Source of the DNA: Octopus sinensis
Taxonomy: Eukaryota
NCBI RefSeq assembly: GCF_006345805.1
Contig: NC_042998.1
Coordinates: 110,856,001-110,920,000, forward strand
Length of the DNA: 64,000 nt
Direction: 5' to 3'
The translations under genes were made by a program, and so were the position numbers. The notes below the pieces were generated by a model. The model was not told the DNA's origin. It saw only the letters and a list, made by a program, of their open reading frames with translations, and ran no database searches. Position 1 is the stretch's first letter. Every line of letters begins with the position of its first letter. Of the stretch, positions 55,693-64,000 are shown piece after piece.

Positions 55693-57764
55693 GAACTTAG
55701 CAAAAAGTATAAAACTACTTCTACGGATAACCTTAAGGAAATTAACTACAAAATCAAGGAAGTTATGAGCAAATTAGACCTCCTGGACAGAACAGAACCT
55801 ATTAAACCACAAGTACCCAAAATTACTATTAAAGACCATAAGAAAGACTTCCCAGATAGTGTAGGAGTACGATTAATCTGTCCGACTAAATCGGATATCG
55901 GCAGACTTAGCAAGACTATCCTGGACAAGGTGATCCCACACATCAAACCCCACATCCCACTCCAACTATGGATTAACACCGACGATGTGCTAGAATGGTT
56001 TAACACTATCACCAATAGGCCCGACTACTCATTCATCCAATTCGACATAGCTAGCTACTACGCCAGTATATCCCCCATCTTACTTAACAAATCCCTTATT
56101 TTTGCCCGCAACCTTTCACTCATAGACAGAGAAAAAATTGACATAATTCTATTAGCTAGAAAAACCATAATAGAATTCGACGGTAGACTTTGGACCAGAT
56201 CCGATACCCCCGACAATTTCGATGTGGCTATGGGCTCGAGCGATTCAGCTCAGGTGACTGACTTGGTCGGGGCCTACCTGCTCAAGAAACTTTTCTCCGA
56301 GGTACCGGATCTTCAGGGGGGTCTATACAGAGACGACGCTCTCTTCATATACCCCACCAACAATAGGAGTAAACTAGAAAGAATTAGGAAAAAGATCAGG
56401 CTTTTTTTCAAATCCTTCAATCTTAAACTAGAATTTATGACCAATACTAAAATAGTAAACTTCTTAGATGTTACGTTAGATTTGAATAAGCACCTTCACC
56501 ACCCGTATAGGAACCCGAAGAAACTACCAAATACATCCATACCTCTTCCAACCATCCACCATGTATAATTAGCACCACGGTCCAAGCCATCTCAGACAGA
56601 CTGACAAAACTATCCTCTAATAGAGAAATTTTCAATAATCATGCACAACACTACAACCAGGCTCTCTATAGTGCCGGGTATAACCAGAGAATATCATATA
56701 TAGACCACCCGGGAGCGTCCGTCGGCCATAAGACTCCCATTTATAATCGAACTCAGCACTCAACTCACACTAGCGATAATTCTAATTTAAACTCCAAACA
56801 ACGTATAGGAAATAGGCGAACTAATAGAATAGCACACAATAGTAACCCTCCCGACGAGAGCAATATAGATCCCATTAGGAGAAATGAAAGGGATAATAGC
56901 AGATTACGCAAATATATATGGTTCAACATACCTTTCAACTTAGCAGTTAGGGGTAAGTTATGTAAGAGAATATTCTCTATATTTTCCAACAACTTCCCAC
57001 CCACCCACAAGTATAAAAGTATCTTCTCCAACAAAACTATTAGGATTTCCTACTCTACCCTGCCCAACATGAGCTGCCTCATAGCTAAACATAACTATAT
57101 TAATTTTAGAACAGCTAGATCAAGAGCAAACCATAACGACCAACAGAACCCCCCTCATCTAGACAGTAGACAATATAACCAGACTGGCAGCCATACTACC
57201 CAAACAGTTAGTAATAACACCCGCCAACACAACAGGGGAAATACTACACCCATCAACAACCAGGAGGATACCAACGCCCCCACTCGTATTGCAACACCTC
57301 CGCCTGGGATTAGCAGCACACGACCGAATAATGCAATGCAATGCAACTGCAGATGTGCATCAGAGTGCCCGCTGCAGGGCGCATGTAGGGCGAAAACGTA
57401 ATATACTCATGTGAGGTGAGTACTCAGTTTAACACACTCACCTATATTGGTTGCTCAACCTCCTGGAAATCCAGATACTACAACCACCGGTCCTCGCTGA
57501 GACACAGACATAAGGCTAACAGCACCTCCCTCTCTAAAAGAATTTGGGAATTAAAAGAAATGCATAGGCTTCAAACTCAGATGGTCCATCATCGGATCAG
57601 CTGCACCTTATTTAAATAATAGAGCAGGATGCCAACTATGTTGTGTAGAACTCCTGAACATCTTGAAATTCAAAGACAAACACAATCTTATTAACAAAAG
57701 GTCAGAGTTCAAACCATCCTGTATACATAAACTTATTAATACTTTCAAATACTACAATGCTTAG
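55693..57764 (+). pseudogene. PLE reverse transcriptase / GIY-YIG endonuclease ORF, N-terminally truncated, three frameshifts
   Basis: ITIKDHK, RLICPTKS, FDIASYYASI, FDVAMGSSDSAQ, GLYRDD, NFLDVTLDL, YIHTSSNHPP, IWFNIPF, CNCR..CPLQGAC, VIYSCEV...TYIG and CQLC..E; frameshifts near 56518, 57397 and 57560. Confidence 0.9.
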
Positions 57765-58842
57765 GTCCTATACCAACTCCCCCATGCAATTTCCTCCCAC
57801 CCGGTGCAACCTGTCGGCTCCAGCACATCCCGCTTTCCTATATGTGCGTGTATATGTGTATGTGTGTGTGTGTACATATGTATGTGCACATACGTGTACG
57901 TATGTGTACATATATATATATATGTACATGTGCGTGTGTGTGTGTGTGTGGGTGTGTGTATGTGCATATACGGTTCCCCGCATTTTCCTCCTATATATAC
58001 AAATTTTGTCTCCCATATATGACTTCTTTTCCCTAAATATTTCTTCTCCTACACCCATATCCTCCCTATGTAGTCTCTTTAATTCCCTATATCTATACCC
58101 TTTCACATTTCTAACTCGGATGTTGAACGCACACCGCCAAACTCCACTTCCCACCCTTCCAATTTTCAGTTCCCCCCGCCCGCCCCTACATTTAACACAC
58201 ACCTCTAACTTTCAACCACCTTCATCTCATGTTAAACTTTACCAAATTATATTTTTATCTTATTTTATTTTATTTTTATTTTTACTTTTATTTGTATTTG
58301 TACTTTTATTTTTATTTTTATTTTTATTTTTACTTTTATCCTACTTCCATTTATTTTTATTTTTAATTTTAGTTTTAATTTTATTCTACTTCCATTTATT
58401 CTCATTTTTATTTTCATCCCTTACCTTAACTCTTATAATTTTTATAATTCTTATATTTCATTTCTAACTATTACATTGTATTTCTTGTTTTATACTGTAT
58501 TTTTTATTTCTAATCTTTACCCTTACCCTCATTCTTACCCATAACTTATCGCTTTACACCTCCATATATGTTATTTACTTACCTATGGATCCACTTTTTG
58601 ACTATACGAGCGTCCGCGTACGTGTGTATACGCATACATACATATGCACACGCATATATGTACATGCATACTTCGATATCTTATAGCTATACCCATGTGC
58701 GCGTGTGTCTCTGTGTGTGTATGTAAGTGTATATGTGCACGCACATACGGACACACAGCCGTGTGTGCGTGCACGTATAGACATGAATACGGGATCCTTT
58801 ACATACGTTCTTATACACATCCTTTAATATCTTATACCTAGA

Positions 58843-59816
58843 CCTAGAGGCGTGGGCATATACGTGTGTGTATGTAGTGATGGGCGCGCGTATATACATG
58901 TGAGTGTGTACGCGTATAAGGTCCGTGTATACATGCGGATATTCTGTTGTTGTATGTATGTGTGTGTACGCGCGTGCGTGTGGGTGCGTGTGTGTTTATG
59001 TACGTGTTTACACGCGAGTGCGTGTGTATGCTTATAAGCTTGGAGGCGTATATGTACGCGTGTATGTGGGTGTATGTATCCATGATGATATGTATGTACT
59101 AGAAGTCCATTTAATTCAAGGAACCAGATTAAATGCTCATCAGCTCTGATTTACAACGCATTAGGTCCCCAGACGAAACTGTTGATTTACTGACAATTCT
59201 ACAACTAAATTTTATCAATCTCCTGACCACCATGCTTGGTCCGTAACCTCTACACATCCCTTATCTTTACATTCTTTTACACTTTTATCATGTTTTTATC
59301 AGGTTTTTTTACTTTATTCTATTTCTATTTTCACTTTATAACCTTATGCCTTTACATTTATTTATATTTCTTTATTTTTCTTTATACCCCTTACATCTCC
59401 TTACAACTCTTTATATCTTTATCCTCTACATTTTTATATTATTCTATACTTACACTTTTTATACATTTTTTATCCCTCGTCCGAACTCTCGCCCCTCCAT
59501 CTTCACCTCTATATATGTATTTATTTATTTACATTACCTCAACATCCAATTTTCCTCATTCTACATTGAGAGAAGAAAGAGATGGACGCTTCAATTCTAT
59601 GCTGCTGCCGCATTATGTCGTACGTGAATGAGAGGATTTGCATCCCCAACCAAGAATTTTTGATGTAACACATGTCCTTGTGGAAGCTGTTGTGCGCGCG
59701 GCTGAAGAAGGCCACAGACATACATTATGCATTGTTATAAATCTGTCTAATAAAGGCCCGAAACATATGTACCGCTGAATCCTTCGCATCATGTTTTTAT
59801 TTTTATTTTGATCAAT
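58843..59816 (+). repeat. 3' pseudo-LTR copy
   Basis: Partner of 54733-55692; the element continues ~70 bp further to the (TA)n at 59888. Confidence 0.95.
59698..59775 (+). ncRNA. Type I hammerhead ribozyme
   Basis: GCGG-CUGAAGA-A-GGCC(acagaca...ugucu..)GGCC-C-GAAAC-AUAU-GUA-CCGC: full core, stem I GCGG/CCGC, palindromic ACAUAUGU stem III; predicted cleavage after A59771. Confidence 0.85.
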
Positions 59817-59883
59817 TTACTCCACCACCTACACCACTAAACGGTATACACAGGTGCTTATAATTATCAAGTACTCACCCCGA

Positions 59884-59933
<50 letters not shown>

Positions 59934-60602
59934 TATATATATATACCACACATATATAATATATATTAAAACATATACACAAACGTATTTTGTATGTATG
60001 GAACTTGTCCGTCAATCGGTTACATTAACACTACGTTTCGACACAGCAGTTTTAATTAACTAACTCGCTAATTAGCTGACTTATAATCTATTTGTTTGCG
60101 TAATACTTAATCATGAAAGTTTAATTATATTTTATTAGTCCAGTCGTTCCAAGTAAACTCTGTATTATTGACTTTTCAATCCATTAAGAGCTCGAGAGTA
60201 ACTGCTATAAGTTTTGATCTATGTGCATACACTCTCAGGCCTCTTTATCAAATTCTGGAGGAATGAATTTCAAACACCTACAGCCTACATGTATATTATC
60301 TTTGCCGTTATCTTTATCAATATGGCAACTGATTCTCACAAAGTTTTACCCTTGAATTTTATTGCTAGCAAAATCTCCCTTCATGTACGCACCCCTACAT
60401 TTCATATTTGTGGAATCGTCCTAGCGTTTGCTTGCGCCTTTATAACCACCAACTGCTGGCATCGGTACAATCCTCCACCTCTCCTCCTCTCCTCTTCCTC
60501 TCTTTCTCTCTTCCTCCCCTCCTCTCCTCTCCTCTTCTTCCTCCCCTTCTCCTCCTCTTCACCATCAACAGTTTTTGTTGTCATTATTATTATTAGGTTT
60601 AG

Positions 60603-60695
60603 CTAGGCGAGCGAAACTAGTTCAAATTCTACCCAGGTCGACTTAGCTTTTCATCGTTTTCGGGGTCGTTGAAATAAGTACCAGTTAAACTGGGG
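60603..60695 (+). mobile_element. MetaSINE-like SINE fragment
   Basis: gttcaaattc...gtcgacttagcttttcatcgttttcggggtcg..aaataagtaccagtt. Confidence 0.65.
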
Positions 60696-60729
60696 ATTAC
60701 GGGCATTGTGCATAATTTGAAACAATTAT

Positions 60730-61700
60730 TGTTATTTCTTTTTATCACAGATTTTATTAAAAACTCCTGGAATCTTGCATGAATAGCTGGCTTGCTACCT
60801 GCAGCCTACGGTACCATGCTGTCCGTTCTTTTCAGCTAATACTTGATTATTCTGGTGGTGCCAAGGAAGCAAAACTTTTGTAACAGTTCTACTGGGCACT
60901 CTATTCTAATTTGTTTGATATTCCTCTCGATGTCTTCTGATACTGTTCCCAACGACTCAACAATAATTGGCACTATCTTCACCTTCTTCATTTTCCATAG
61001 TCAGGCTATTTCATACTTAAGAGGGTTGTATTTATCTACTTTTCGCCATCCTTCTTGCCTATTCATGGGTCAAAGAGGTATACAACTTCAACTATATTAC
61101 ACATGTAGTGCATCTTGTCGACCGCCACTAGGTCCGATCTATTATGCACTAGTACCTGATCTGTTTTGATTGGGAAATTCCAGAGGGTTTTGCTAGCCAC
61201 CGACTCCACCACTCTCTACGGTTTGTGCTCATACAACGTCTTGCCTCCCTCTAGCCCCGCTTTACGCACAGTTTCCAATGTAGTACTTTCGTTTCCTGAT
61301 CATGTCGCCACAATTTGTAGTGGTGTTGAACCAACGATTTTTGTTATTGCTCTATCTTGATCACATAGTCTCTGTTGCGCGAGTTGAACCAATCCCTTTT
61401 CTCCCTGATGACCATACATACGTTGTCGGTAACCCCTAATTTGAAAAGCATTTTCTTCTACCGGGTTGGTCAGGTAGTAACACTCCATAACCACTGCATT
61501 AATTTGCTTGCTCCATCTACGCCGTGTGTTGTCCCTTTCTGGATATCGACAGGCTGGAGCCGAACCAGAACCTCTGAGCCTGCCGAGTGTAACACTGTCA
61601 CCATTATTGTTTTCAGTTTCATTACTACCGTTATTCACAATATTTTGCTTTTCCATTGTCACTCATATGAAGTATCGATTATCAGGTTGCGCAATTATCA
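60730..61700 (-). mobile_element. Internally deleted R4/Dong-like LINE (ORF N-terminus fused to RLE end)
   Basis: RRRWSKQINAVVMECYY...RGYRQRM..QRLCDQ, then directly LYEHKP, LWNFPI, YEIA*LWKMKKVKIVPIIV and LLQKFCFLGT. Confidence 0.75.
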
Positions 61701-62238
61701 GTGTTTTATTGTGACACAATCCCTAGATGTTGTTTTCATGTGTAGTAGCTGCAGTGGTTGCAGCAACAACAACAGTAGAATGTGTGGTAGTGGTAAGAGT
61801 GATAGTTGTGCCTCTGATTCCTGTACTATCATAATAGTAGTATTTCTAGTATTAGCAGCTGCAGCATATTATTTTTATTTTTATCGTTATCACTATCACC
61901 ACCACTACCATTGTTATTATCATTATTACTATTTCCATTTATTATAAAAAGAATTATTAAATATTCTTTATTTGCAACTTTTTCTCTACTTGAGATAATC
62001 ATAAATATGTGGTTGTTTGAGGAAATAGTTGGGTAGTACCTTGGTGAATAGATCATATCCTACAGGACTATAAATAGAATCGGCAAGTGGTAGGGACGTC
62101 AGCCATAGAGACAAAGGACTCTTCGCAGCCTTTGGGTCAGCAGAGTTCAAATATGTTTACTACTACCAGTGACCACTGAGCGCGCTACCTTGAAATAAAG
62201 CAATTCACCCTGTTCTATTTGTAATTGCTGGTAGGAAA

Positions 62239-62292
<54 letters not shown>

Positions 62293-62293
62293 C

Positions 62294-62661
62294 ACAAAAT
62301 ATTCTATAATTATAATCATAAATATAATTATAATCAGGGGTCAGCTCACGGCTTCGCCATGTACCGAAATTAGAACTATTAGGTAATGCCATTTCAATTA
62401 CCATAAGTATCTCCGAGACAATGATACACTTATTTATGCAGGCAACAAGAAAATCCACAGAGCTTCGACTTATAATTAATCGAAGTCGTGTGGATTCATC
62501 ATTTTTTTTTTTGCCTGCATAAATATGTGTTATTGTCTCAGAGATACTTATGGTAGTTGAAATGGCATTAACTTCTATTTCTAATTTCGGTACGTGGCTA
62601 AAGCAGTTAGCTGACCCCTGATTATAGTTATATTGATGGATGTAATTATAGAATATTTTGT
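62294..62661. repeat. Foldback palindrome / MITE-like element (~370 bp)
   Basis: The arm taatcaggggtcagct...gtaccgaaattagaa...taatgccatttcaa.taccataagtatct...tttatgcaggcaa is mirrored after the centre at ~62474. Confidence 0.9.
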
Positions 62662-62773
62662 ATAATTCACATATAAAGGTTATTTTAACGTACTGACTAC
62701 TTGGTAAAATTATTAATTATTAATCAATCAATTAATTGATTGATTAATTAATCTTACCATATGATATTATACA

Positions 62774-62831
<58 letters not shown>

Positions 62832-62880
62832 CGATATTCACCTCGTTGAATTTTTAAATTTCAGATTATTATTATTATTA

Positions 62881-62954
<74 letters not shown>

Positions 62955-62957
<3 letters not shown>

Positions 62958-63190
62958 AATAATTGGCATTTTCTTCACATTCATTTTCCACAGTCGAGCT
63001 ATTTCGTAATTAACACGATTGTATATCTCTATTTTCTCCTTCATTCTTGACTACTCGTGGGTCACAGGGTACGCAACATCTATTATGTTGCACATGTGGT
63101 GCACCTTGTCCACCGCCATTAGGAGCATTTCTTTATTCTTTTGTAGCTGATATTTTGGGTCGGGAAATCCAACAGAACTTGCAGCCCCCT
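62955..63190 (-). mobile_element. Short RLE LINE fragment adjoining (TTA)n
   Basis: DVAYP...KEKIEIYNRVNYEIARLWKMNVKKMPIIV. Confidence 0.6.
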
Positions 63191-63224
63191 ACTCCATTAT
63201 AATTATTACTGAACGAGATAGCAG

Positions 63225-63603
63225 CACATGTCATCACAGTGGCACAGGGATACAAATATACGATGCCCAAAATACCCATCATGTCTACCCGTCGGGTAAG
63301 TCTACACCAGACACATGCATCACAACTAAGATTAACATCGCATGACTTTGCAGGCGTGTCCCACTCAAAAGGTCTCTGATTAAGAGTTATCTAAGGATGA
63401 TGAACAAAGCCCCCATGTTTCTAGAGGTGAATTATTCAAACCCAAAACAATTCCTCTCAGTAGGTGGCTATAAAATTCCTTCACTACTCCTATTCATGAT
63501 GAGAGATGCACATATCGGTAGCCACTAAGGGACATGCTCAGTTGGTTATGGTCAACCAATTGACAAGCAAATATATGTATAGAACAGAATATATACTGTA
63601 GCC
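63225..63603 (-). mobile_element. Family C repeat, diverged copy
   Basis: gagatgcacatatcggtagccactaagggacatgctcagttggtta and agaggtgaattattcaaacc. Confidence 0.75.
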
Positions 63604-63669
63604 TGAAATCGAGAGATTTCAAAGGCATAGTTGTTATTAGTGTTGTTTCCATTGTTTTTGCTTGTATAA

Positions 63670-63681
63670 GTAGTAGTATTG

Positions 63682-63757
<76 letters not shown>

Positions 63758-63785
63758 GATCATCATCATCATCAGCAGCAGCAGC
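63670..63785. repeat. (TAG)n, (CAT)n and (CAG)n microsatellites
   Basis: Visible in sequence. Confidence 0.9.
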
Positions 63786-64000
63786 AGGTTGAACCGACTC
63801 CAGAAAGTTTGTTGAATTTTGTCGGGAAAAATTTATTTACTGTTATCGACTTTTGCTAAGAACCCTATATTCACTCGAAGAAGAGATGAACTGCAAATTT
63901 GTGCACTTTTAGTGCATAATTCATGTAATTTTTTAATCTTTATTCTTGCGTTTATTTTCTCGTTTCCAGCTATGACGTCAGTAACGCCCACAATCAGGTT

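Larger units (their letters stand above)
54733..59885 (+). mobile_element. Penelope-like retroelement (YRDD, probably Nematis-like), 5'-truncated, with inverted pseudo-LTR
   Basis: RT plus GIY-YIG at 55693-57764; 54733-55692 is the reverse complement of 58843-59816; hammerheads in both repeats; flanked by (TA)n. Confidence 0.93.

Noticed and set aside
57757-58467. 236-aa hydrophobic ORF
   Set aside because: Low-complexity TG- and T-rich PLE 3' UTR; a compositional artefact.

Overview
AT-rich, microsatellite-dense eukaryotic DNA with no intact host protein-coding gene that I can support. The repeat spectrum suggests a coleoid cephalopod, probably Octopus (inference). Almost all ORF-track entries are translations of simple repeats. 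The real coding signal comes from transposon relics: Penelope-like elements (PLEs; RT and/or GIY-YIG), R4/Dong-type RLE LINEs nested in (TAA)n tracts, two RTE LINEs, two L1/Tx1-like LINEs, a CR1-like fragment, mariner and hAT remnants, tRNA-derived SINEs and two inverted-repeat elements. Highlights: (1) a stop-free but frameshifted YRDD-type PLE at 54733-59885, bracketed by ~960-bp inverted pseudo-LTRs that each carry a complete type I hammerhead ribozyme; (2) further hammerhead variants in other PLE termini; (3) a PLE 3' region holding a tRNA-Thr-like Pol III head directly upstream of a hammerhead; (4) an RTE with twin-priming 5' inversion and an 11-bp target-site duplication; (5) a strand-polarised nest of Dong-like LINEs in TAA arrays, including an inverted pair with a locally identical tract; (6) a ~370-bp foldback palindrome. 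All calls were made by eye; no searches or folding programs were run.
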